A stretch of 64,000 nucleotides of DNA from Cyanophora paradoxa CCMP329 (Eukaryota; Plantae; Glaucophyta), in NCBI GenBank assembly GCA_004431415.1, contig QPMI01000416.1, forward strand, positions 372,001-436,000, given 5' to 3'. This document shows positions 23,930-34,101 of this stretch, in pieces (positions within the stretch are counted from its first letter, which is position 1; every line of letters begins with the position of its first letter). A program made the position numbers and the translations under genes. The notes beneath the pieces are model-generated. The model made no database searches. It saw only the letters and a program-made list of their open reading frames with translations, and was not told the origin of the DNA.

Positions 23930-25601
23930 CTTGCCGAAGGAGACGGCCCTCACGGTTCCCGACACGGTCACGTGGTACACCCGCCTCGCGGGGGTGAACC
24001 GCAATGTCTTCGACTCGACCGTCTCCGAACTGGTCAAGTTTGTCAACGACTTCAACAACATCTCCCAATCCTTCGAGCTGCCATGTGACAGGCGTCGCCC
24101 CCTTCACGTCCCCATCGAGGATCACGCGGCCGTTAACGTCATTTACGCGAACCGCACGACGCTGGACGACGACCGTCGGTTTACCGAGATGCACCACAAC
24201 GCCAGGCGCAGCAAGCACATCAACTCCAACCTGAGGAAGCTGCGGGTGGAGGCGGCAACGAGGGTCGCGGAGGCCAAGGGCATCACGTTGGAGGCAGCGG
24301 ACGCGTCGCTCGCGAGCATCGACGTCGACGGTATCCTTCGCATGCTGGTGACCGTCGCGGCGTTCGAGAAACCTTATCTCCACATGCGCTTCGGCGAAGA
24401 CCAACGGGAGCAACGGACGGTGCTGCAGAAGTCGGGGGTAGGCGCTTTCGCGAAGCACCGTGACACTCCACTCGTGATGTCGGCGTGGCAACCATCACGG
24501 AGCCGCACGCTAGCAGAGGAGCGACGTGCACGGACGCGCAACAAGCGGGGCCACGAGGGCCCGGGGCCGCCAACCGAGCATGAGGCCGAAGCGGGATCCT
24601 CGGATGGCGACGACGGTGACGGCGCGGCAGGGCAGTCGACAAGTGCGGCAGTGCAACGGGCACTGAGGCGGAAGCTCCACGTCCTCCGTCTCTCACGTGG
24701 CACCGACGCCATCTCCAGGCAGATGCGGGTCGACCGCAACATGCTCACGTCTAGCACGGACCCTCACTTTGTCTTCCAGCCCGCGGGTCTCCCGCTGCTA
24801 TCTCGGGTGATGGCAACGCGCACCGACTCGACGGGCCGGCCGCTTACGGAGATCCCATCGACGCTCATGATTCTCGCGCAAGAATTGGCCAAGCAGGTGA
24901 TGGACGCCGTCGGGGGCGATGTCGGCGAGCAGCTCGCGGCACAGGTCCTCAGGACTGCGGCCGCGCGTCAGGAGCAGTCGTGGATGGACAGGCTGAGGGC
25001 GACCCGACTCGTCGTCGAGGGGAGAATCGCAGCGCTGGGCACGAACGGGTGGGCACAGGAGAGCAAGCCGGTGCAGATCTTGGTCGACTCCGGGGCGGAG
25101 CTGGACGTGGCGAGCGCCGACGTCGTGGAGCACCTCCCCGGCTTCCGGTACCTCGACGAGCGCGTCCCGTTGGTTGGGTTCCAGACCAACATCACGACGT
25201 ACGGACGGACCGCGCACGTGGTGCTGCAGATCGGGCCCGTACGCATCGCACGTACGCTCGTCGTCACGACGGCGAATTCGATGGGGGACGTCAAGATGCT
25301 CCTGGGACTCTCGACGCTCATCGCGCTCCGGGCCCAGATCAGCTGCGCCCCGGAGAAGTGGGGCATGCACGTCACATCGCCGGACGACCAAGAACTTCAC
25401 TTCGTCCCTTTTCAGCCTCGGACCGAGAGGGAGGGACCCTTCCGGTCCGCTTACTACGTCCCACCACCGTCCACCGCGGCGAAGCCATGGTACGCGGCTA
25501 CGTGCCCGACATGCACGGCTTGCTCCCTGTGGACAAAGACGAAGTTCGCATCACGGCGGCACCGGAGTACGACGGTGGCCCGCCGCCAGACTCGTCAGTG
25601 A
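23805..25601 (+). CDS. ORF2: unknown N-terminal domain plus retropepsin aspartic protease
   Basis: gccATGG context; motifs VQILVDSGAELDV and MLLGLSTL; frame is +1 relative to gag. Confidence 0.85.
   Translation: MEIHRQATFYLTVVSNACGRTTRDTLRANAVPPLDPRAMHPDLPKETALTVPDTVTWYTRLAGVNRNVFDSTVSELVKFVNDFNNISQSFELPCDRRRPLHVPIEDHAAVNVIYANRTTLDDDRRFTEMHHNARRSKHINSNLRKLRVEAATRVAEAKGITLEAADASLASIDVDGILRMLVTVAAFEKPYLHMRFGEDQREQRTVLQKSGVGAFAKHRDTPLVMSAWQPSRSRTLAEERRARTRNKRGHEGPGPPTEHEAEAGSSDGDDGDGAAGQSTSAAVQRALRRKLHVLRLSRGTDAISRQMRVDRNMLTSSTDPHFVFQPAGLPLLSRVMATRTDSTGRPLTEIPSTLMILAQELAKQVMDAVGGDVGEQLAAQVLRTAAARQEQSWMDRLRATRLVVEGRIAALGTNGWAQESKPVQILVDSGAELDVASADVVEHLPGFRYLDERVPLVGFQTNITTYGRTAHVVLQIGPVRIARTLVVTTANSMGDVKMLLGLSTLIALRAQISCAPEKWGMHVTSPDDQELHFVPFQPRTEREGPFRSAYYVPPPSTAAKPWYAATCPTCTACSLWTKTKFASRRHRSTTVARRQTRQ
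25406..25449 (+). promoter_or_regulatory. Predicted -1 programmed ribosomal frameshift signal (protease to pol)
   Basis: In-frame slippery heptamer C CCT TTT (25406-25412), 6-nt spacer, then hairpin CGGACCG-a-GAGGG...CCTTC-CGGTCCG (25419-25449). The -1 frame is the pol ORF. Confidence 0.75.
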
Positions 25602-28600
25602 TCTTGCAGGGCGACGAGACGCCCTTCCTCCCCCCCTCCTTCACCACCCCCGCTCAACTCTGGCACCACGCCTCCCGCACAGTCCGCCACCTCACCGTCC
25701 ACATCTGCAACCCCTCCCGCAAACCTCTCGACCTCGCCGAGGGCACCATCGTCGGCTACGCGGAGTTTGGCCGCTGGCCAGAGGGCGATTTCACTCCCGA
25801 CGCGACCCCCTTCCCCTCAGGCCCGTCGTCAACATGGACCAACGACCAGCGCCGCGCGGCCGCCCGTCGAATCCTCCAGGCGGCCAAACCCGTCGTTGTC
25901 ACACGCCGAGTCGGCCCCAAGCACTTCCGACGCGTCGCGCGCCAGACGTGGCCGTCGTGCTTCACGCGCACCAACCTCGACGACGTCGGGGAGGACCCCA
26001 CTCCTCTGACAGCCGAGGAGGTCGTCGAGCTCGACAAGGCCCTCGACAAATGGTCCACGCTGCTGGCCAACCGCACCGACACCGACGCCGAGGCGGCGCG
26101 CGTTCACATCGCCGACCTGCGATTGCTAGTCAAGCAGTGGCGAGACAAGCACGCAACGGCTGCAGACGGCCACACGACCAGCGGAGCCGCCATCGCGGTG
26201 CGTCAGACGGCGTTCAGCACAGGCGCGATGGACCCCCCGACGTCCGACAAGCCGCCCGACGAGAAGCCGCCAGAGCAAGTCTGGAAGGAGGCGTTGGCTT
26301 CGTTACTGGAGGCGTCGGCGGCCGACCAGCTGCCGGAGACGCAGAAGCTGCACCTGCAGCGACTCGCGACACTTCTCAACAAGAACCAACGCTCGTTTAC
26401 CAACCGGCTCGACCCGCGCGACCTCCTCAAGTTCGAACACTCGTTGACGCTGTTGCCGGATGTCAACAAGACGCATCTCCCTCTCTACACGCATCCACGT
26501 TGTATGTCGCCAACAGCGGAGGAGGCGACACGCAAGGAAATCGAGAAGCTACTCCGGGACGACCTCATCGAGCCGTCCCAGGCGGGCTACGGCTCGCCCG
26601 TGGTGCTGGCGCCGAAGAAGGACGGCACGCTGCGGTTCTGCATCGATTACCGCAAGCTCAACTTGCTGACGGAGCGCGACGTCTTCCCCCTACCTCGCAT
26701 CGACGATCAGCTGGAGCGTCTGCGCCATGCGCGCGTGTTCTCGACCTGCGACGCGACGTCGGGCTTCTGGCAGCTGCCGCTGTCGGAGGAGTCGCGCAAG
26801 TACACCACGTTCCTCGTTCCATGGGGATGCTACCAATGGAAGGTGACCCCGTTCGGTGTGATGAATGGGCCGTCGGCGTTCTGTCGGGCGATCTCGTCCA
26901 TCATGGGCCCGCTCCTGTCGACTTGCGTTGTGGCGTACGTCGACGACCTCACCATCTTCTCCTCAACGGTCGATCAGCACCTCCTCGACCTCGAGGCGTT
27001 CTTCGCAGCTGTGGAACGCGGCAACTTGAAGCTCAAGCCTAGCAAGTGCCGCTTCATGGTGCGCGAGATCGAGCTCCTGGGGCACCGCGTCTCCGGCGAC
27101 GGCGTGCGCAAGGACAAGAAGAAGATGGACATGATCGCCAAGTGGCCAGAGCCCAACAACGTCGACAACCTCCACTCCTTCGTCGGCCTGATGGGCTACT
27201 ACCGGCGCTTCGTCCGCAACTACGTGCGCATCGCCCAGCCGCTCTACGACATCTTGAAGCGACGGGGTTCGGCGCAGTCGTTCGCCGAGGCGTGGACCGA
27301 CGCCTGCCGCGAGGCCTTCAAGGAGCTGCAGCAGATCCTCATCGAAGACGTCGCCCTCCCCTTCCCCCACTTCAACGACCCAACCCGGCCGTTCATCATC
27401 ACGACGGACTGGAGCAAGCAGGCGATGGGCGCCATCCTGCACCAGGCCGACGCGGCCTCGAACGTCCGGCCCCTCACCTTCAGCAGCCGTACCTGCAGCG
27501 ACTCAGAGCGGAACTACGGCGCGGTTGAAGGCGAGGCGATGACGCTGCTGTGGGCCCTCAAGCAGTGGCACCACTACTTCGAGTGCAACCAGCCGTTCGA
27601 GATCCACACGGACCACGAACCGCTGCTGTCGCTGCGGAACACCGACCTCCGCCAGCCAGCGAACCGCTACCTGGCGAAGGTGGCCATGTACTTGCAAGGT
27701 TACAACTACACCATCAAGCACTGCAAGGGCACGAGCAACAGCGCGCCGGACGCCCTGACGCGGGCGCCATTGTCCCACCCCGTCTACAACGGCGAGGCAG
27801 ACGGCTCGGAGAACGCCCCGGGAGCGGCGGCGGGGGCCAAGGGCTTCGCTGTCCCCGTTCCTGGCGATCCCGACGAGCCGATCGGCATGTACTTCGTCCG
27901 GCCGCTCCGGACTGACCCGGCGCTCGAAGCGGTGCGAATGGCACGGACGACACCGGAGGGCGAGGCAGCTCTGCAGCCACCGCGGCGCCAACCCCGCGAG
28001 CTCCTCAACCTCGGCGACACGCTGGGCCCGGCCTGGCAGTCAACGGCTTCGAGACGGCGAACGGCGGGCCCGTCGGCGGCAAACGCGATCGACGTCGACG
28101 CCTGGCTGAACATCAACTTCCCGGACGGACCGCCGGAGCCGAAGCGAGCACGACCGGCCTCAGCAGACGCCGAGGAGGCGGTGCAGCAGACACGGCGGCG
28201 CGAGCAGCACAACCTGGCGTCGTCTCTCGGACCGGCTTGGAGGACGGCACCCGGACCCCGCCCCCGGACGCGGCGAGCCCAACTCCCGGCGCCCCCATCC
28301 GAGGCGTCGACAGCGATGAGCTCGTTGGTCAGCGGCGCCCTGTACGGCAACGAGGAGGCTGCGCGGCGCATGGCAGACCCGCTACCTCTCTCGGAGGCGG
28401 AGCTCCACGACTTCGACCCGGAGAACCCGCGGCCTCGGCGTGACTCCGATGTCGACGGCGACCACCCGAACCTCACTCCGCAAGTCTTCGACAGGGACGG
28501 CGGCCCGCGCTCCCCAACGGAGAAGCGGGCCCAGCGGCGCGCGCGCAAGGCGTACTTGTACGGCAGCAAGACGCTCGAGGGCAAGCCGAGGCCAGCGCTG

Positions 28601-30514
28601 GCGACGGAGGAGGAGCGCGCTAGCTACGCAGCGTCACAGCTGCAACGCAAGCGCCTCCGAGGCTGGAAGTCGCGACATGGGCGGTACTCGATCGCCCCGT
28701 CTTCAATCCCGGAGTACTCAGCAGCGGACGTGGACGTGGCCGCCGACGAGGGCGTCGGCTCAGCTGGACCCCCCCAAGCGGAGCAGCAGCCTCGCAGACC
28801 CCGCAAGCGCGGGCAGTGGAAACAGTTCCCACAGGAGGCGCGCGACGGGGCGGCGTCCGTCCGCAGCGACGCGGAGGCGGGTGCGGTCCGGGTTACACCG
28901 GGCTTCGTGGCACCTCTGTACGGCCCGACGGGCGACCGCGTTCGACCAATCGACGTGACGCTCGACGTGCCTGTCGTGGACACGTGGGCGGAGGGCGCGC
29001 GGCGCAGTGTCGACCCGCCAATCCCGGACAGGCTACGCCGACACGTCTCCGACGCGACGGCGATGACGCTGGAGCAGCGGAACGACCCGTGGTGTCAACG
29101 CGTGCGGGACTTCATCCTGCAAGGGGTGAACCCGGCACGCTGCCGCTCGCACAAGGGGCTGGACCTCGTGGAAGATCAGATCACGTGCGAACACTGCTTG
29201 CGAGCCAAGTCGGGCCTCGAACGCGAGATGAAGGGCTACGAGATCGTGGATGGCGTCGTTCGACGGCTGCCGCCCAGGCCGGGCATGCGCTCTCTGATCG
29301 TGGTACCTGAGACGATGCGGGAGGCGATCCTCGAGGCGTTCCACGATGACTGGGCGCACCGCGGCGCCGACATCGTGACGCGGCGCATCATCACGCGCTT
29401 CTGGTGGGACGGTATGACGTCAGCGGTGCACCGTTTCGTACGGACCTGCAAGCACTGCCAATCGGCACGGGCGAAGCGTCAGCCGAAGGTCCTCTGCAAG
29501 ATCATTGAATCTGGCTACGCGAACGACTTGCACCAGGCCGACATCGCGCACCTCGACTTGTCTATTGACGGCCATGTCGGTGTGTTTCTCGACATTGACG
29601 CGTACACCAAGTGGCCGGAGGCGATCCCGATCAAGGACGAGAAGGCGGGCACAATGCGCCGCTGCGGCGAGAAGATCTACGGCGCGACGGGCATCATCCA
29701 GCGCTACTTGATCGACAACGGGTCACAGCTCAAGCAGTCGGAGTGGTACAACTTCTGGAAGAGCAAGGGCACGCGCATCATCAGGGCGCCAGCATTCCAC
29801 CAGTCGTCGAACGGCGGCGCCGAGCGTCTCGGACAGACCTTCAAGCGCCTCGTGTACGGACTCTGCAAGGCGGCGGGGAAACCGCACAACCACTGGTCGA
29901 ACTATGTGCACCAGGCGCTGCTGGCCATGCGGACGGGCGTTCACGCGGCAACGGGCTTCCCTCCAGCAGTACTGCACTTCGGGCGGGACCTCGCGCTCCC
30001 GGGAGACCTTCGCTTCGACCCCGACGAGCGCCAGCGGCCACTCGATCCGACGTTCCTCCACGAACGTCTGCTCGACTATGCGCGTGCGGCGGAGAGTCGG
30101 GAGGCGGCGGTTGCGGCGCACCGACGGGCGTACAACAAGCGGATCCTGCGCTCGCATGGTGGCCGCCCGTTGAGCCGCTCGTTCAAGCCGGGGGAGAAAG
30201 TGCTCTGCTGGTTCGAAGGCCTCAAGCGTGGAATCCACACGGGCTGGACGGGCCCGTTCGTCGTCTTGAGGAAGCTCTCCGGAGGCCACATCTACGAGGT
30301 CAAGGCGCTGGAGGGCGCAGAGCGGCACCGAAGGACGCGGGCGATCGCCGTCCACCTTGATCTGATGATCCCGTACCGTGACCGGCCTGAACATGTGGCG
30401 CGGCGTCAACGCGTCGGGAGACCTCCGAAAGCGGCGCAACAGTCGGCGGCCCCCGAGGCACCTCCGGGGCCGGCGGCTGACGCGCCTGGAGTTGCTCCGA
30501 TGTCTGATGCGTGA
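25406..30514 (+). CDS. pol: Pol: reverse transcriptase, RNase H, long linker, integrase
   Basis: RT motifs LRFCIDYRKLN, PFGVMNGP and YVDD; RNase H motifs TTDWS, YGAVEGE and HTDH; integrase HHCC (HDDWAH...CKHC), D-D-E core (ADI, IDNG, NGGAER) and GPF module (WTGPFVV). Confidence 0.95.
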   Translation, partial: PFSASDREGGTLPVRLLRPTTVHRGEAMVRGYVPDMHGLLPVDKDEVRITAAPEYDGGPPPDSSVILQGDETPFLPPSFTTPAQLWHHASRTVRHLTVHICNPSRKPLDLAEGTIVGYAEFGRWPEGDFTPDATPFPSGPSSTWTNDQRRAAARRILQAAKPVVVTRRVGPKHFRRVARQTWPSCFTRTNLDDVGEDPTPLTAEEVVELDKALDKWSTLLANRTDTDAEAARVHIADLRLLVKQWRDKHATAADGHTTSGAAIAVRQTAFSTGAMDPPTSDKPPDEKPPEQVWKEALASLLEASAADQLPETQKLHLQRLATLLNKNQRSFTNRLDPRDLLKFEHSLTLLPDVNKTHLPLYTHPRCMSPTAEEATRKEIEKLLRDDLIEPSQAGYGSPVVLAPKKDGTLRFCIDYRKLNLLTERDVFPLPRIDDQLERLRHARVFSTCDATSGFWQLPLSEESRKYTTFLVPWGCYQWKVTPFGVMNGPSAFCRAISSIMGPLLSTCVVAYVDDLTIFSSTVDQHLLDLEAFFAAVERGNLKLKPSKCRFMVREIELLGHRVSGDGVRKDKKKMDMIAKWPEPNNVDNLHSFVGLMGYYRRFVRNYVRIAQPLYDILKRRGSAQSFAEAWTDACREAFKELQQILIEDVALPFPHFNDPTRPFIITTDWSKQAMGAILHQADAASNVRPLTFSSRTCSDSERNYGAVEGEAMTLLWALKQWHHYFECNQPFEIHTDHEPLLSLRNTDLRQPANRYLAKVAMYLQGYNYTIKHCKGTSNSAPDALTRAPLSHPVYNGEADGSENAPGAAAGAKGFAVPVPGDPDEPIGMYFVRPLRTDPALEAVRMARTTPEGEAALQPPRRQPRELLNLGDTLGPAWQSTASRRRTAGPSAANAIDVDAWLNINFPDGPPEPKRARPASADAEEAVQQTRRREQHNLASSLGPAWRTAPGPRPRTRRAQLPAPPSEASTAMSSLVSGALYGNEEAARRMADPLPLSEAELHDFDPENPRPRRDSDVDGDHPNLTPQVFDRDGGPRSPTEKRAQRRARKAYLYGSKTLEGKPRPALATEEERASYAASQLQRKRLRGWKSRHGRYSIAPSSIPEYSAADVDVAADEGVGSAGPPQAEQQPRRPRKRGQWKQFPQEARDGAASVRSDAEAGAVRVTPGFVAPLYGPTGDRVRPIDVTLDVPVVDTWAEGARRSVDPPIPDRLRRHVSDATAMTLEQRNDPWCQRVRDFILQGVNPARCRSHKGLDLVEDQITCEHCLRAKSGLEREMKGYEIVDGVVRRLPPRPGMRSLIVVPETMREAILEAFHDDWAHRGADIVTRRIITRFWWDGMTSAVHRFVRTCKHCQSARAKRQPKVLCKIIESGYANDLHQADIAHLDLSIDGHVGVFLDIDAYTKWPEAIPIKDEKAGTMRRCGEKIYGATGIIQRYLIDNGSQLKQSEWYNFWKSKGTRIIRAPAFHQSSNGGAERLGQTFKRLVYGLCKAAGKPHNHWSNYVHQALLAMRTGVHAATGFPPAVLHFGRDLALPGDLRFDPDERQRPLDPTFLHERLLDYARAAESREAAVAAHRRAYNKRILRSHGGRPLSRSFKPGEKVLCWFEGLKRGIHTGWTGPFVVLRKLSGGHIYEVKALEGAERHRRTRAIAVHLDLMIPYRDRPEHVARRQRVGRPPKAAQQSAAPEAPPGPAADAPGVAPMSDA

Positions 30515-31283
30515 ACAACGTGGAATCGTTGACAGTCTGAAATCGTCATTGTCAGTCCGGTAAGCCACGTCACGCCTAACGGGCCCGTGCGCTAAAGAAC
30601 GGCCACCGTGGTCATGCGAGCCATAGCGGCATCAAAAAGCCATCGCGGCACGCGAGCCATAGCGGCAGCAAACGCCATCGCTGCACGCAAGCCATAGCGG
30701 CAGAGTCACAGCGACTCGAGAGCCATAGCGGCCAAACCCGGCGCGGCATCGTGCCCCGGACGACCTCTCTGTCGGTGTAAATTGCCGCTGCTCCTCTCTT
30801 TCCGCCGGCGCATAAAAGCTCTGCGTTGCTTTGCGCTGCGAGCGCAACCGCTCACTTACTTGCGCCATGCGCGACCCAGATCCTCCACGGGATTCCTTCC
30901 CCCTTCCCCGGCTTCCCCTCGCCGCGCGGCCAGCGGCGGGGTCCCATCTTCACGGCATCTTCTCGCCGCACGGAGGCGGCGGGAACTTCGCGCACGAGGC
31001 AATGGGATTTTCGCTGTTGTTGGCGGCACGGCAGAGGTTTTTCGCCCGGTTTTCCTCTGGCCGTTAGTGACCCTCGGGGGCAGCATCTGGGCCCGGGCCC
31101 CTCACACTTTTGCCCCTGAGCGGCAGTCCGCGCGGTCTCACACATGACCGGTTTCTGTTGTTCAGACTCTGCTGATTGGACTTTAGTCTATATTAGTCTG
31201 TATCTCTATCTATGGATTTCTGACCGGCGGGCGCGTAGGCTAGATAGGCGTCCCGGTCCTTTACATCTATGACTCCCTTCATT

Positions 31284-31556
31284 CCACGAGCCTACTGTCT
31301 CGTGAAATAGTAACATTCCTCGGCATTGTATCACGAGCCTACTGTCTCGTGAAATAGTAACATCCCACGAGCCTAGCGTCTCGTGAAATAGTAACATGCT
31401 GGTAGGCGGCAGACAATTTTTTTGTCTCCCCCTGACGACTCTCACTCTCCCCCTTGTACCCAGCACTGATCGCTCTCATGTACCCCTTTACTTGTCACTT
31501 GCTTCCTTTTATATTGTTCCAGTGCGCGAGGACGCGCACTCGTGAAATAGTAACAT
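31284..31556 (+). repeat. Four copies of CTCGTGAAATAGTAACAT, each associated with a hairpin; the last copy abuts the 3' LTR
   Basis: CACGAG-N8-CTCGTG-AAATAGTAACA at about 31285, 31332 and 31366; AGTGCGCG...CGCGCACT-CGTGAAATAGTAACA at 31521-31555. Confidence 0.85.
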
Positions 31557-31662
31557 ATTGCAGCAGTGATATACTGTCCAAGTCCCTGTAGCCCTGTACC
31601 CCTGTAGTCAGTCCACCTGTACCCCCAATACACCACCTTGCCAGCTATCTAGCCTGGCAATA
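31556..31662 (+). repeat. 3' LTR
   Basis: Identical to the 5' LTR and followed by the target duplication CATG. Confidence 0.92.
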
Positions 31663-31707
31663 CATGCGCAGGCTCCCAGAGCGCCGAGCTTCGTTCAGCC
31701 TCTCGCC

Positions 31708-33133
31708 ATGCATATGGGTCCGTTTGTGTGCCCCCGCCTCACTCTCATAAACCTTATAATTAAGCTTTCATTCCACGGCCTTGTAGAAACGTGCACACTA
31801 TATATATATCAAATTAAAATAAGCAGCAAATTTGAATTTAACGGGAAGCTCGCAGATCGCCATTCTGCTCCTCGGCCTCCACCACGCACTCGCCGCGACT
31901 TGGACGTCTCTGCCGGCCTCCACCCCCACCCCATCTCCGGAGGTATCGCCACTGGTCGGGGTCCAAGTCACTGGATCAGGCGGCCGCCGGGCAGCCGATC
32001 CGGTGCGATTGATTTAATTCGAATTCAGTTCTAATTCCACGTCATTGCATTTCCGTTTGTGAAGTAATTGCATCGCTTCATTTCAGTCTCGTGAAATATA
32101 GGTGTGATTTCAGGCCCTGATTTTAAAAGCGCAGCGATCAGAAATAGCGTGGGCTACTACATCCGGACGCACAATGCCGGAACCACGGTACGCTTCTAGA
32201 TTTTCGGCCCTCTTTGCAAATGCTGGAATTGATGATGTATCTATGGCTATCGCCAGGCTTTCTTCTCGCTCAACACATCGGGATCCAGCGCCGTCTAGAC
32301 GTCACTGCCACTGAACGGCTTCGATTCATATTCACGATCTTATTACATGTGGGGGCAGTACACAGGGAACCAAGCGTAAGCAGCCCTTCCTCAACTCTTG
32401 CTGTACATATGCATGTGCTTTCGTAATCTCTAATAATAAGCGCGCCCCCCGGCCGTCAGCTATTTCGGAGGCTCCTGGAAAATGTGCGTGTGGTGTTGCC
32501 GGGTATAAGCGGCGCTGGCGCGGCGCGCGCACGTACACTTCCTTCTTAGAGTCGTAGATGAGTGATTTGTCTTTTCCGGGGCCGCAGAATCCTGTACGGC
32601 GGCTGGCAGTACTCAAGCTCGTCGGGGTCCTGGATTCCAACGAATCGGATGGTCGCATACGATATCACGTCGAGAAGTGTACGCGCAACCTGCCGCGCAT
32701 GATCATGAACGCCATCTCGTGGAACCACGAGCACCAGCAGTCCTGCCTGTCCAAGGTGCGCAGATTTAAGTGTTCTCCAGATATCTTGTATACTACGTAT
32801 ACCCATGCGTACTGTTTCTGTGTATCATTTCGCGGTAATTAATTGGGGTGCAAAGGTGGTGGATTTCATTCGCATTGACATCGTGCGGCGCTGGGCACGC
32901 GAACATCCGGAGCCCGAGGCCGAAAGCCGCTCACCGTGCGCAACATATTTGATAATGCTGGACATTGGAGCATGAACGTCCGACGCCGATCGGGCATAGC
33001 GCCGAGCAGCGGGCAAGATTATGGCGGCGTCGATGTCGTTCCCGATGGGCACCCACCCGCGGCCAGGCCGTCGACCTCGCTCAGCCGCAGCCCTACGTCG
33101 CCGGAACCTCTGCTGGTGACAACGAAGCCATAG
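31708..33133 (+). pseudogene. Probable decayed spliced gene fragment, possibly secreted and Kelch-like
   Basis: Exon-like segments bounded by AG/GT (IAILLLGLHHALAATW...; ILYGGWQYSSSSGSWIPTNRMVAYDITS), but with in-frame stops and no coherent model. Confidence 0.3.
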
Positions 33134-34101
33134 AAGAGCCGAAGTCTCGGTATATATAATACTATGATATTCGCAATACACCTTTCCACTGCCACATATA
33201 CTGTGGCCTGGGCCACTGCCACACTGGGCCAGTGCCAGACTGCCAGTGGCCCGGCAGTGCCGGCAGAGCGGCTGAGAGCGCATGCCCGGCAGTGGGCCGG
33301 CACTGGCCCGGCAGTGCCCGGCACCGAGCCACCGACTCGGCGACTCAGCGCTAGCGCGGACTCGCCGCGGACTCCGGGAGTCAGCGGCGACTCTGCCCAG
33401 CCTGGCAGCGCGCAGCGGCGCCCGCGGCGGCGCGCGCTTGGCGCCGGCGCCGGCAGCCGGGCCCTGAGCCGGCTGCCCGCCGGTACGCGCGCTTGCAATT
33501 GGCGCGGCCCGGCGGGCCGATCCGCCACATCAATAATTGCAATTGCCGCTGCGCGATTCGCTGCGCATGCGTGAGAAAAAAGGCACACGCCTAAAAAAAG
33601 GCGCGTGGCACACCCTAATCTGATTGGACGATGGCATGCGCCGCACAATCATAATTATAATTAACGCCGCTGCGCGCATGCGCATTGCGCATGCGCATGC
33701 GCAGTGCAGCCGGTGCAACAACGACACTACCGGTACCCCGGTAGCAGCTCCGAGCCTCCGGTCCTCCGGAGCAGGAGCCGGCCTGGCGTGGTAGTAGCGT
33801 CGGACAGGAGAGCCTCGGCCATCGGAGAAGCCTCGAAGAGACGAGAGAAGAGGAGCGCAGGAGAGAAGAGGAGCTGAGCTCGAGGCCCGGCCTGATCTGA
33901 GCGAATTCGAAGCCGATCGATCGCCTTCCCGGGTCCGACGGTCTGCACCGACGCGCACATACGTGCGTGTAAGCTAGCGGCGCGGCGCGCCCTTCCCTCC
34001 AGATCTTGTCTCTCGCTGACGGCTGACATCTGGCGCTAGGCGAGCAGCCGGACGTGCCTTCTGCAATTTCGACGCGCAGCTGCAGTTTCTGAGATCTAGA
34101 G

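Larger units (their letters stand above)
19459..31662 (+). mobile_element. Full-length Ty3/Gypsy LTR retrotransposon (12.2 kb), recently inserted
   Basis: Identical 107-bp direct repeats at 19459-19565 and 31556-31662; CATG on both flanks (19455-19458 and 31663-31666); internal order gag-PR-RT-RNaseH-IN; no introns. Confidence 0.95.

Noticed and set aside
24980-25405. Listed start of the 1844-aa pol ORF
   Set aside because: This stretch is the shadow frame of the protease; the protein-like pol frame starts at the slippery site.
31284-31556. Hammerhead ribozyme or Helitron 3' end
   Set aside because: A stem followed by GAAA is present, but the CUGANGA core is missing; there is no CTRR terminus or matching TC 5' end.
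19457-31664. Canonical TG...CA LTR boundaries
   Set aside because: The inner ends of both LTRs lack TG/CA; those bases belong to the CATG target duplication.
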